64,000 bases of DNA from Dehalococcoidia bacterium (GCA_050011565.1 JBEKIW010000002.1:64001-128000); one strand, 5' to 3'; positions 1 to 9,231 are shown, counted from the first letter of the stretch. Numbers and translations: made by a program. The notes: generated from the letters alone by a model not told the origin.

Positions 1-227
1 TTAGCCAATACTCCGGCGAAAAGCCGTTGTAATGCCATCATATGGCTACAAGTACCGCGTTGGGAAAAGAACGGACAGGTGCAATGCCACTTCCTGCCTT
101 TATAACTTACAGTATAATTATTGTGGTCGCCGCGGAAATCTGCAGCGAACTCTGACAGTGTCACGCGGTCAGGTTCTTGAGCATAGCGTTTGGCTTTCTC
201 TGCCTTGCCGATTAAGCTGGACTGCAA
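1..227 (-). CDS. Small SWIM zinc-finger protein, 3' end runs off the window
   Basis: Not in the ORF track. Manual translation from TTG at 227 (GGAGGT RBS just upstream): MQSSLIGKAEKAKRYAQEPDRVTL...WHCTCPFFSQRGTCSHMMALQ..., a CxC-x8-CxH SWIM signature. Confidence 0.75.
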   Translation of the reverse strand, partial: MQSSLIGKAEKAKRYAQEPDRVTLSEFAADFRGDHNNYTVSYKGRKWHCTCPFFSQRGTCSHMMALQRLFAGVLA

Positions 228-342
228 AATAAAACCTCCGCAACCAAGTATATAACGCGTCTGTGAAAAAGTCTATGAATGCAATTTCCTTGCCTTTCAG
301 CCTAATCAAAAGCTAAAATACATAGAATCGGGAAAAACATAG

Positions 343-1698
343 ATGCAGGATGAGCTTGCCAACGCACTGAAGACACAGGGCGCTGACTATATCGAGATTC
401 GGGTTGAGGAAAACAAAGCAACCCGCCTTGTCTACCACGGAAAAAGATTGGAAGAGGTAGGCAGAACATCCAGCCTTGGCGGCAATGTGCGGGCTCTGGT
501 CAAAGGTGGCTGGGGCTTTGTCAGCTTCAATAACATCCAGAATCTTCGAGACAATGTGGAGCTGGCCATAAAAGAGGCCAGACTTATCGGCAAAGAAGAT
601 TTTCGCCTCAGCCCAACGGAACCGATAATCGACGTGGGAACAGCCGGAGAAAAAGGTCAACCGCCCGTTTCACTGGCATCAAAGAAACAACTGCTCGATG
701 AATACAATGATATCATTCTGAGTACACCTAAGATCCAGACATCAAGCATCGGGTGCCAGGACAGTCAAAAGAAGATAACTTTTGCCAACTCCGAAGGCAC
801 TTATATAGAGCAAACAAGAGCCGACATCAATCTGCGTCTAACAGCTATAGCTGCGGAAAACGGGGAAGTCCAGCAGATTGGGTTGAGTATAGGTAGTCCC
901 GGCGATTTTTCAGCCATAGAGGGTTTGCAGCAGCAAGTAAAACAAATGGCGCAGCGAGCAGTAAAGCTTCTTTCAGCGCCTCAAGCCAAAGGAGGCGAAT
1001 ATACAATTGTCCTGGACCCAATCCTGGCCGGCGTATTTGCTCACGAAGCCTTCGGGCATTTATCTGAGGCAGACCACGTTTATGAAAACAGGCGACTGCA
1101 AGAAATTATGGTGCTGGGCAGAAAATTCGGCGATAAATATCTCAATATTATAGATGGCGCCGCTGTTCCCGGGCTGCGGGGGAGCTATAAATATGACGAT
1201 GAAGGAGTTCCGTCAACAAAAACATGCCTTATACGTGAAGGCATACTCGAGAGCAGACTGCACTCTCGAGAGACGGCTGCCAAGATGCAAGAAAAAACTA
1301 CGGGAAATGCCCGGGCAATCAGCTATTCTTTCCCGCCGATTGTCAGGATGACTAACACCTACATTGAACCGGGAAGCCTATCTTTTGAAGATATTATCAG
1401 CGATATCAAAGAAGGAGTATATGCCAGGGACTGGTATGGAGGGACAACCAGCCTGGAGATGTTCACCTTCTCGGCTGCGGAAGCTTATATGATTCGGAAC
1501 GGCAAGATAGCAGAATTGCTTCGCCCTGTAGTACTCAGCGGCAACGTCTTCGTCACTCTGGGCAACATAGATGCCATCGGCAATGATTTGGAGATGAATC
1601 AGGGCGGCGGCTGTGGTAAACGCGGACAGATGCCCCTGCCTGTTTCAAATGGCAGTCCACATATAAGAATTCGTCGATGTCTGGTAGGAGGCAGCTAG
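343..1698 (+). CDS. tldD: TldD family metalloprotease (catalytic subunit)
   Basis: HEAFGH (HExxxH) zinc motif, DDEG motif, RMTNTY and C-terminal GCGK cysteine ligand. Confidence 0.95.
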   Translation: MQDELANALKTQGADYIEIRVEENKATRLVYHGKRLEEVGRTSSLGGNVRALVKGGWGFVSFNNIQNLRDNVELAIKEARLIGKEDFRLSPTEPIIDVGTAGEKGQPPVSLASKKQLLDEYNDIILSTPKIQTSSIGCQDSQKKITFANSEGTYIEQTRADINLRLTAIAAENGEVQQIGLSIGSPGDFSAIEGLQQQVKQMAQRAVKLLSAPQAKGGEYTIVLDPILAGVFAHEAFGHLSEADHVYENRRLQEIMVLGRKFGDKYLNIIDGAAVPGLRGSYKYDDEGVPSTKTCLIREGILESRLHSRETAAKMQEKTTGNARAISYSFPPIVRMTNTYIEPGSLSFEDIISDIKEGVYARDWYGGTTSLEMFTFSAAEAYMIRNGKIAELLRPVVLSGNVFVTLGNIDAIGNDLEMNQGGGCGKRGQMPLPVSNGSPHIRIRRCLVGGS

Positions 1699-3003
1699 GT
1701 GGAAGAGATTTTATCGGCAGCCAAAAAAATAGCTGAGCAGGCTGAAGTATTTCAAGTCTCTTCCAGAATAACCCCGGTCAACTTTGAAGCCAATCGATTG
1801 AAAGAAATTCAAGCCAAGGAAAGCACAATTAATGCTCTGAGGCTTATTAAGGGAGGCAAGGTCGGCTTCGCTCAGGCTAATGGTTTTATCGAACCCAAAA
1901 AGTTAGTTGAAATGGCGGAGGAAACATGTCAATTCGGTACGCCAGCCAAATTCAACTTTCCCAGCCCGAAGGTTTATCCGAAAATAGATGTCTTCGATCC
2001 ACAGGTAGAAAAGGTAAATATAGAGAGTATGGTCCAGCTCGGAGAACAGCTTATTGCTGCCGTTACACGGCACACCCCTTCTATCGTGTGTGAAGCAATG
2101 GTTACCAGGGGAATTATCACGGTTAATATCATTAATTCCGAAGGTGGCAATGCCAGTTACAGCAAAAGCTTCTTCAACGTGAGCCTCGAAGGTGTTCTTA
2201 TCAAAAATGAGGACATGCTTTTCGTTGGCGATAGCCTGAGTTCATGCCACCCCATCGTTGATTTCAAGCCGATAGCTGAAGAAGTAATAATGCAGTTAGA
2301 CCTGGCCAAGAGAAACGCCAGCCTGCCAACCAAGTTGATGCCTGCGATTTTCACGCCGCGTGGAGTAGCCAGCGCACTAACCTCGCCGTTGATTTCAGCT
2401 CTCAATGGTAAAATAGTATTTGACGGTGCTTCGCCCTTGAAGGATAAGCTGGGACTTCATGTTTTTGATAAAAACTTTTCGTTGTGGGATGATGCCACTC
2501 TGCCCTATCAGGTAGCCAGCTATCCCTGCGACGACGAAGGTGTGCCAGGCCAACGAACTTCGCTTATAGACAGCGGAGTTGTATCACATTTCATTTATGA
2601 CCTGCATACAGCGGCTCTGGCTAACACGCAAAGCACTGGTAATGGAGAACGCCATGGTGGCGTGCCGGCGCCTTCTCCGAGCTCCTTAATCATAGACAAG
2701 GGCGACACTTCTTTTGGGGACATGATAAAAGATATAAAAGAGGGTTTAATAGTAGACACGCTGATAGGTGCCGAGCAGGGAAATATACTAAACGGGGATT
2801 TTAGTGGAAATGTTTTACTTGGCTACAAGATAGAGAATGGAGAAATAACAGGTAGAGTGAAGGATACGATGGTCGCCGGTAATGTTTATCAGCTTTTAAA
2901 ACAAATCGAAGCCATAGGGAAAGACGCCAGGTGGGTGGAAGGTTTTCTATTGACTCCCTGCCTCTACTGCTCTGGTTTATCGGTAGCGTCGAAGACAGGC
3001 TGA
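1699..3003 (+). CDS. pmbA: TldE/PmbA family protein
   Basis: DDEG motif and GDFS/RVKDTMVAGN C-terminal signatures, no HExxxH; GTG start abuts the tldD stop. Confidence 0.92.
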   Translation: MEEILSAAKKIAEQAEVFQVSSRITPVNFEANRLKEIQAKESTINALRLIKGGKVGFAQANGFIEPKKLVEMAEETCQFGTPAKFNFPSPKVYPKIDVFDPQVEKVNIESMVQLGEQLIAAVTRHTPSIVCEAMVTRGIITVNIINSEGGNASYSKSFFNVSLEGVLIKNEDMLFVGDSLSSCHPIVDFKPIAEEVIMQLDLAKRNASLPTKLMPAIFTPRGVASALTSPLISALNGKIVFDGASPLKDKLGLHVFDKNFSLWDDATLPYQVASYPCDDEGVPGQRTSLIDSGVVSHFIYDLHTAALANTQSTGNGERHGGVPAPSPSSLIIDKGDTSFGDMIKDIKEGLIVDTLIGAEQGNILNGDFSGNVLLGYKIENGEITGRVKDTMVAGNVYQLLKQIEAIGKDARWVEGFLLTPCLYCSGLSVASKTG

Positions 3004-3008
3004 ACCTG

Positions 3009-3866
3009 ATGAAAAGTGCAGTTAAGTTTTACAAGGAACCACATCGAAAGGCATGCGACCTGCTCGCTGTCTGGCCTGGAATTGGAAATGTGGCGCTTAT
3101 AATTGCCAGGTACATCAAAGACAAGCTGAAAGCTGAGGAGATCGGAGAAATCGAGCCATTCGATTTCTTCGATCCTATTGGCATTATGGTCAAAAGCAAT
3201 ATAATAGAGGCCCCTCAATTTCCAGAAAGTAAATTCTACTACTGGCAGAACCCCAACTCAGACAGAGATCTGCTCTTGTTTATCAGTGACGAGCAGCCCA
3301 GTTTCAAGGGTTATGACCTGGCTGGTTGTGTGCTGGACGTCAGTCAGAAACTCAAAGTCAAAAGGGTGTATACCTGCGCTGCAGCCATTGCTAGAATTCA
3401 CCACACTGAAAAACCTAAGGTTTGGGGGGCTGCTACAAACCAGAAACTACTCGAGGTACTAAGAAAACACGACGTCATCCTCCGCGGCGACATTCAAATT
3501 GCCGGGCTTAACGGCTTGTTCTTGGGAGTAGCCAAAGAGAGGGGTTTTGATGGTATCTGTCTACTGGGTGAGGTGCCTACTTACACCACTCGAATACCTA
3601 ACCCTAAAGCCGCTCTGGCGGTGCTTGATATCCTGGCCAAGATATTAGCCATTGATATCAATCTGTCCGAACTGGCGAAACTGGCCAAAGAATCAGACGA
3701 GCAGATGAAAAAATTGGCCGCTGAAGCCATGGAGGAATTCATAGACCGTTACACCAAACCTGTGTGGCCGCCGGAAGAGGAGGAGATAGGAGAAATCGAG
3801 GAAATCGAGGAGGAGGAAGAAGAGGAGGAGGACAACGAAAACGGGGACGAGGAGGAAGACAAATAG
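3009..3866 (+). CDS. PAC2 (proteasome assembly chaperone 2-like) family protein with highly acidic tail
   Basis: WPGIGNVA, FPESKFY, GLNGLFLGVAKERG.GICLLGE and PNPKAA motifs. ATG at 3009 preferred over the track's 2931 start, which overlaps pmbA. Confidence 0.85.
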   Translation: MKSAVKFYKEPHRKACDLLAVWPGIGNVALIIARYIKDKLKAEEIGEIEPFDFFDPIGIMVKSNIIEAPQFPESKFYYWQNPNSDRDLLLFISDEQPSFKGYDLAGCVLDVSQKLKVKRVYTCAAAIARIHHTEKPKVWGAATNQKLLEVLRKHDVILRGDIQIAGLNGLFLGVAKERGFDGICLLGEVPTYTTRIPNPKAALAVLDILAKILAIDINLSELAKLAKESDEQMKKLAAEAMEEFIDRYTKPVWPPEEEEIGEIEEIEEEEEEEEDNENGDEEEDK

Positions 3867-4799
3867 ATGCCAGCCGAATTATCCCCAAGAATGCGTTATA
3901 TATCAGAAGTATTAGATTCAAGCAAGAATGTAAATAGCTCTAAACTGGTATCTCTATCAGACCTCAACAGTGAGGAAATGGAATTTTTGGCAGAAATATG
4001 GACAGATGCAGATTTAGAGCGACGGCGGGAGATTATTTCTCAGCTTGTCCATCTCAGTGAATTTGACTTTAAGCTTGATTTCAGCGGTGTTTTCGTAGTG
4101 TCTCTCGGCGACCCCGATGAAACAATCAGAGCACAAGCTGTGGCCGGTCTGGACGGAGAAGATAATTATCTGCTTATCAAGCCATTAGTGCACGCTTTAA
4201 AGGAAGACATTTCTGCCAAAGTAAGAGCAGCAGCAGCTATAGCTCTTGGTAAATTTGCTCTTCAGGGCGAACTGGGTAACCTGCCGAGCTATTACCGCGA
4301 AAAGATATATAATTCTTTGTTGGAAGTCCTGGATAAAAAGACCGAGTTGACCGAGGTAAAACGTCGAGCCCTGGAGGCCATCTCTCCATTTAGTTTGCCT
4401 CGAGTTAAAGAACTCATAGAAACCGCCTATCACACCGATGATATCAAGCTCAGAGCCAGTGCTATATATGCCATGGGACGCAACTGCGATTTAGCCTGGC
4501 TACCTACTGTGTTAGCTGAGTTAAACAGTGAGGAAGTCGAGATACGCTACGAGGCAGCCAGCGCTTCTGGCGAACTCGGTGCCGAAGAAGCTGTGCCCCT
4601 TATCATAGAGATGACTGAAAACGAGGACCAGCAGGTCCAGGAAGCTGCTATAAAAGCTTTAGGTGAGATAGGTAACGAGCCAGCCAAGCAAGCCCTCGAT
4701 AAGCTGACTAAAAATCCGCAACCCAGTATCCGCGATGCAGCCAAATCAGCCTTAAAGGAGATACAGCATTGCGAAGACCCTCTATCTTTACAGCTTTAA
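3867..4799 (+). CDS. HEAT/PBS-lyase repeat protein
   Basis: Repeated D...VR..AA.ALG helical-hairpin units. Confidence 0.88.
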   Translation: MPAELSPRMRYISEVLDSSKNVNSSKLVSLSDLNSEEMEFLAEIWTDADLERRREIISQLVHLSEFDFKLDFSGVFVVSLGDPDETIRAQAVAGLDGEDNYLLIKPLVHALKEDISAKVRAAAAIALGKFALQGELGNLPSYYREKIYNSLLEVLDKKTELTEVKRRALEAISPFSLPRVKELIETAYHTDDIKLRASAIYAMGRNCDLAWLPTVLAELNSEEVEIRYEAASASGELGAEEAVPLIIEMTENEDQQVQEAAIKALGEIGNEPAKQALDKLTKNPQPSIRDAAKSALKEIQHCEDPLSLQL

Positions 4800-5356
4800 C
4801 CAAGCCACCATTACTAACCGGCGATAAAGTTAAGCTGCGTCCGAAGCGTGTACAGGACGCTACCAATGATTATAGCTGGCGACAAGATGCTGAGCTCTGC
4901 CGCCTGGATGCAACCCCTCCAATACTATGCTCTTTTGAAGAGTTTTTGGAAAACTACCTTGAAGATTTACACCGGTTAAATCGAAGCTATCGTTTCGCCA
5001 TCGAAACTCCAGATGGCAGGCACATCGGCAATTGCAGTTATTTTAATCTAGACGAAGTTAAAAAAGAGGCAGAGATGGGCATCATGATAGGCGACCGGGC
5101 TTACTGGAACCGTGGCTACGGGGCTGATACCATAATTACTTCGCTTAATCACTTTTTTTCCCGAACTAATATCAAAAGAGTTCACCTGAAGACGTTAATG
5201 TGGAACATCAGAGCACAAAAATGTTTTGAAAAATGCGGTTTCACCCCCTACGGGCAGATGATTGATGGGGACTACACCTTTATGCTGATGGAGACTCGGT
5301 GCCCCAACCAAAATTCAGCGAAAATAGAACGGCACTCTAATCCGTCACCATACTAA
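4769..5356 (+). CDS. GNAT N-acetyltransferase, RimJ/RimL-like (start uncertain)
   Basis: EMGIMIGDRAYWNRGYG acetyl-CoA motif and NIRAQKCFEKCGF. Confidence 0.85.
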   Translation: MRRPSIFTALTKPPLLTGDKVKLRPKRVQDATNDYSWRQDAELCRLDATPPILCSFEEFLENYLEDLHRLNRSYRFAIETPDGRHIGNCSYFNLDEVKKEAEMGIMIGDRAYWNRGYGADTIITSLNHFFSRTNIKRVHLKTLMWNIRAQKCFEKCGFTPYGQMIDGDYTFMLMETRCPNQNSAKIERHSNPSPY

Positions 5357-6279
5357 TACACAAAAACCGGTTTCTGGTCGGTAATGATTCTCCTGGTGAC
5401 GGCTAGCTGACGGCGCAAATGCTTCGGCAAAATGAATAAAGATTGATGTGTCAGACCATCGTATGATTTTAGCCTCTTCGACAGCCGAGCCGAAATCCTA
5501 CAGTCCACATCCTCGGGTGACAATTCAGCAGGTTTGACACTCTGTGACGCTGTGGCGAACCCCCACAGGTCAACGAAGGAAGGAACATAAGTTTGATACG
5601 GACAGACTATCTTGAAAACACTTTTCAAAGTGTTGATTATGGCAGTGAAATTTTTTGAGTTAGTCCAGCCGGCGGCCCCGGACTGGACAGACATAATACC
5701 CCCAACATTCAGCTTGTCTTTGACCAGTTCGTAAAACTCTCGAGTGTATAACAAGCACGCCGGACCCTCTTCCAACGGTTCAACGAGGTCAATAATAATA
5801 ACGTCAAATTTATCGTTAGTCGTCTGTAAGTACATCCGGGCATCGGCAAAATTAAGTTCTAAGCGTGAGTCATTAAAAGAGCCCTCGTGAAAGAACGGAA
5901 GATAACGGCGGCAGATGTCTATGACTTCGCTGTCAATGTCCACCATAACTGCTTTTTTTATGGTGTTATGGGCCAATACCTCGCGCAGAGTGGCCCCCTC
6001 GCCGCCTCCGGCAATAAAAGCTGTCTTAGGACCTGGATGGCTGAACATCGCCGGATGAACTAATGCCTCGTGATAGATGAATTCATCCAGCTCGCTGGAC
6101 TGAATTTTCCCATCCAGCACCAGGCAGACGCCAAAGCTCCGGGTATCTATAATCTCTATAGACTGGAACTTGGTTCGTCCTGAATATATTACCTTCTTAA
6201 TTTTGTGGAGCTGCGCCAGATTGGGACTGACCTCATCATACAGCCATTTACGTTTGTCAGGATTGTCCGGGTCTTTCAT
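5353..6279 (-). CDS. speE: Polyamine aminopropyltransferase (spermidine synthase)
   Basis: LDGKIQS, YHEALVHP, GGGEGATLREVL, VDID and DVIIID motifs. Confidence 0.96.
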   Translation of the reverse strand: MKDPDNPDKRKWLYDEVSPNLAQLHKIKKVIYSGRTKFQSIEIIDTRSFGVCLVLDGKIQSSELDEFIYHEALVHPAMFSHPGPKTAFIAGGGEGATLREVLAHNTIKKAVMVDIDSEVIDICRRYLPFFHEGSFNDSRLELNFADARMYLQTTNDKFDVIIIDLVEPLEEGPACLLYTREFYELVKDKLNVGGIMSVQSGAAGWTNSKNFTAIINTLKSVFKIVCPYQTYVPSFVDLWGFATASQSVKPAELSPEDVDCRISARLSKRLKSYDGLTHQSLFILPKHLRRQLAVTRRIITDQKPVFVY

Positions 6280-6653
6280 TTCAGCTCACAGCCAACTTGA
6301 TTATTTTGCAAGATGCCCCTTTTCAATTCGATAAAAGAGGGATTCTTCGACCCCAGCTTTTCCACAAGCGGGTTGATAGCTAGCTCTGGTTTAACGGAAT
6401 CACCACAGGTAAAAATGTCTATAGCGGCATAACGGTGTTCCGGCCAGGTATGAATGCATATATGAGATTCAGAGATAACCAGCACGCCGCTTATCCCCTG
6501 TGGACTAAAGGCATGAAAACATTCATTCACTACAGTGGCACCAATTTGTTCAGCAGCATCATGAAGACAACGTCTGAGAAAATCTACATCGTTAAGCACC
6601 TCCACATTACAGTCTTTCAGTTCCAGCAGTAACTGTCGTCCTAGAGCATTCAA
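6276..6653 (-). CDS. speD: S-adenosylmethionine decarboxylase proenzyme (short, SpeH-type)
   Basis: ISESHICIHTWPE with the E-S self-cleavage site, DIFTCG; overlaps the speE start by 4 nt. Confidence 0.96.
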   Translation of the reverse strand: MNALGRQLLLELKDCNVEVLNDVDFLRRCLHDAAEQIGATVVNECFHAFSPQGISGVLVISESHICIHTWPEHRYAAIDIFTCGDSVKPELAINPLVEKLGSKNPSFIELKRGILQNNQVGCELK

Positions 6654-6776
6654 ATCACCGTCCCTCCTTTAAATTATTGTTTATTGAAGTTCTCACCCCC
6701 TATCTTCTGAGAATCAAAGGAACAGCCAGTAATTGTATATTTTGTAAAAATGATTTTCAAGACCCTGTAAACCCTA

Positions 6777-6805
6777 TTGACAAAAGCGACTTGACCCTGT
6801 AAAAT
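6777..6805 (+). promoter_or_regulatory. Sigma70-type promoter for the Cys-rich secreted protein gene
   Basis: TTGACA (6777-6782) - 17 nt - TAAAAT (6800-6805); GGAGGTG RBS before the 6863 start. Confidence 0.75.
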
Positions 6806-6862
6806 CCTTTTACAAAGGGTGGTCGAACCTTTAAAAGCAAAACTCAAAATGGAGGTGTTGAT

Positions 6863-7579
6863 TTGAGAATTATTGGTATTTTGTTAGCTATCGTATTAGC
6901 CGTATCTCTCGTGTTGCCAACGGTCGCATTGGCACAGGACGAGTATGCCGGATTGTCAAACTGCGCGTGGGACAAGGTAAAGTGGCAAGACAATGAGAAC
7001 TCCTGGGGCTTATATCTGCAGCATTGGGGCAGGACTCCTATTCAAGCCATGACACGGCTGAGGGGCCTGTGCGGTCCTAAGGCCCTGTGTGCTGACCTTG
7101 GCACAAATTGCCCCGCCAACAAAGACTTGAATGCCTGTTTGGGTGGTTGTCCAGCTTGTAGAGAGGTTGAACCGGGAGCTCTAGCCACCTGCTCTGACCC
7201 GGTGAAATGCAATGCATCATTGTCCAGTGCAGCATGTCCGGCTACCGGTCAAGTAGACATAGGATATACCTGCCCTGCCACGTCGGTGGTAGCTGCTCCT
7301 GCTGGGGATCCAGTCCTTAGCCTGCCACATTGCGGTTTCTGCTGGGGAATCAGCCTCGCTTTGGCAGAAAAGAGCTGGGCTGGCGCTGACATTGGTACAA
7401 ACCCAAGAATAAACAATAATCACCTCAACCATTTCGGAACCAGCGAATGCACCGGCGGTAACCACGGTGGTGACTGGGGAGTTACCGGCGCCCCGCACAC
7501 TGAGTGCTGCTCACTCACTTGGGCACTGCAGGACAACTGCTTCGGTAAACCGTACGGCGACAAATGCGCACCGAATTAG
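6863..7579 (+). CDS. Secreted cysteine-rich hypothetical protein (18 Cys)
   Basis: Hydrophobic signal peptide ending ALA-Q, strong RBS, own promoter and terminator; no family recognised. Confidence 0.85.
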   Translation: MRIIGILLAIVLAVSLVLPTVALAQDEYAGLSNCAWDKVKWQDNENSWGLYLQHWGRTPIQAMTRLRGLCGPKALCADLGTNCPANKDLNACLGGCPACREVEPGALATCSDPVKCNASLSSAACPATGQVDIGYTCPATSVVAAPAGDPVLSLPHCGFCWGISLALAEKSWAGADIGTNPRINNNHLNHFGTSECTGGNHGGDWGVTGAPHTECCSLTWALQDNCFGKPYGDKCAPN

Positions 7580-7636
7580 AACTATAGTACAGATAAGATA
7601 TATTTTAGATTAAGTAAGAAATCCAGAGTGTTTTAC

Positions 7637-7673
7637 CCTGACCGAGGATGCGGTCAATCCTCGGTCAGGTTTT
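7637..7673 (+). terminator. Intrinsic terminator
   Basis: 13-bp stem CCTGACCGAGGAT / ATCCTCGGTCAGG, 7-nt loop, followed by TTTT. Confidence 0.85.
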
Positions 7674-7785
7674 CTATTGGGTATACGTGACGTTTGATAA
7701 AACGGCTATAGCTAATTGAGATCATGGTTTCTAACCTAACTAAGCTAAAATCTCACTATTATTTACCTCCATAAAACAGAGGGTT

Positions 7786-8025
7786 ATGTTGTCAGACGAG
7801 ACTGGGTTCACTACTGTGTACGTCGCCAGGAGTCAGCCCGAGGCGGAAATTGTAAAGGGACGCCTCAATTGCGAGGATGTTCCGGCCATACTTCGATATG
7901 AGTCTGCTGGAATTGTCTACGGCCTTACGGTTGATGGTCTAGGTCAGGTGGAAGTGCGGGTACCGTCTCATTTAGCTGAGCGAGCCATAGAAATTCTTGC
8001 CGTCGACGAAAACGAGGAGCACTAG
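7786..8025 (+). CDS. DUF2007-like (PII-fold putative signal transducing) small protein
   Basis: EAEIVKGRL...G.GQVEVRVP...ERAIEIL pattern. Confidence 0.75.
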   Translation: MLSDETGFTTVYVARSQPEAEIVKGRLNCEDVPAILRYESAGIVYGLTVDGLGQVEVRVPSHLAERAIEILAVDENEEH

Positions 8026-9077
8026 GCTTTCAGGCCAAGCTCTGAATACAGAGTCTCAAAATCAAAACAGCTATCCAGTACCTCTCCAAACATCTCCAGC
8101 TTCCGACGGCTTCTAAAACTAGCCTTGCTTAATGCCTGCTCAATGCCGGCTATAGCCGCGGGAGTGTCCTGTTTAACCATGATTATCGGCACGTGCTTCT
8201 CTTGAGCCTGAACAATAACAAACGGTAAAGGCTTCACATTATTAGCAACAATCAAGCATCTGGTTGGAGTTTCCAAAGCAGCCAGCTGCATGTCGGCACG
8301 TTCGCCACGAACGACTACTGCTTTATTTTCCTTCCGATTGAAATACATTACTCCTGAGTCAACAGTCATAGCCCCCACCATTACATTTTCCACTATCTCA
8401 TCAGTCTTTTCCGGGGAAGTCAGGATTTCGCCGCCGAGAACTTGAGCTAAGTCCCCGGTGCTTAGGCCAAGCAAGCTCCGAACCTCCGGGAGTAGGCCCA
8501 GGACTTTAATTCCTGCCTTGTTAAATGAAGCTGACAACTGATGCCCTGCCGTTTCTATTTTAGACCTCGGCACGAGGTTAATAATAACTCCCACCAGATG
8601 TTTGACTTTTTTACTTATCTGTACAATCTTCGACACATCAAAACCAGGGGAATAATGAATCACTATAATCAATCCTGCCTCAAGGGCATCGGCAACTGTA
8701 TAGCAAGCAAGAGTAGAGACTTTATCTACACCTAAATCGCTAAGCCCCTTCATAACAACGACATCTTTGTCACGTGATATTTTACGATATGCCTGCTTAA
8801 GGTTCTGCGAGAAATTTGTTGGGTCTTCGGTCAAGTTTCGCCACAATTCATGCTGGGACAAACGAAGGGGACAAATCAACTCCTCGGATTCAGCCAACCT
8901 CAAGCTGTCCTTAATGAAGGCAGCATCTTCACAACCGTCAGTGTGGCCGCTTTCAATAAGATGGACGGGCTCCATAAAACCTACTTTTAACCCACGGTCA
9001 AGCAATTTTCTACCAATACCGGCACACAAGGCTGTTTTGCCTGCAGATTCCGTAGATGTTATATATAGAGCGACCAC
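8022..9077 (-). CDS. BioD-like/DRTGG domain protein (phosphotransacetylase N-terminal family, no PTA catalytic domain)
   Basis: N-terminal SAGKT P-loop; VMVGAM...GERADMQLAALET DRTGG-type region. Confidence 0.85.
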   Translation of the reverse strand: MVALYITSTESAGKTALCAGIGRKLLDRGLKVGFMEPVHLIESGHTDGCEDAAFIKDSLRLAESEELICPLRLSQHELWRNLTEDPTNFSQNLKQAYRKISRDKDVVVMKGLSDLGVDKVSTLACYTVADALEAGLIIVIHYSPGFDVSKIVQISKKVKHLVGVIINLVPRSKIETAGHQLSASFNKAGIKVLGLLPEVRSLLGLSTGDLAQVLGGEILTSPEKTDEIVENVMVGAMTVDSGVMYFNRKENKAVVVRGERADMQLAALETPTRCLIVANNVKPLPFVIVQAQEKHVPIIMVKQDTPAAIAGIEQALSKASFRSRRKLEMFGEVLDSCFDFETLYSELGLKA

Positions 9078-9125
9078 ATTACCTCCTAAGAATGAACCTT
9101 GTAATTATATTATCTCGCATCACTC

Positions 9126-9154
9126 TTTACAACCGAGACAAAGCAGCTTATAAT
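9126..9154 (+). promoter_or_regulatory. Sigma70-type promoter of greA-lysS-serS
   Basis: TTTACA (9126-9131) - 17 nt - TATAAT (9149-9154). Confidence 0.8.
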
Positions 9155-9174
9155 ATGTTCTGAACTCAACGACA

Positions 9175-9204
9175 ACTGAGGGTTACCAGACTCTCAGTTT
9201 TTTT
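9175..9204 (+). terminator. Intrinsic terminator-like hairpin in the greA 5' leader
   Basis: Stem ACTGAGGGT / ACTCTCAGT (one G-U pair), 6-nt loop, T7 run, between the promoter and the greA start. Confidence 0.7.
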
Positions 9205-9231
9205 AGTAGCTTTCCATACAGGAGTAATCAC

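Noticed and set aside
2931-3008. N-terminal extension of the PAC2 ORF
   Set aside because: It overlaps pmbA in another frame; ATG at 3009 fits the family start.
4769-5356. GNAT called as spermidine acetyltransferase SpeG because it abuts speE
   Set aside because: It is convergent with speE and coupled to the tldDE operon; specificity cannot be read from the sequence.
6863-7579. Multiheme cytochrome or RiPP precursor
   Set aside because: No CxxCH motifs; it has a Sec-type signal peptide and no adjacent modifying enzymes.
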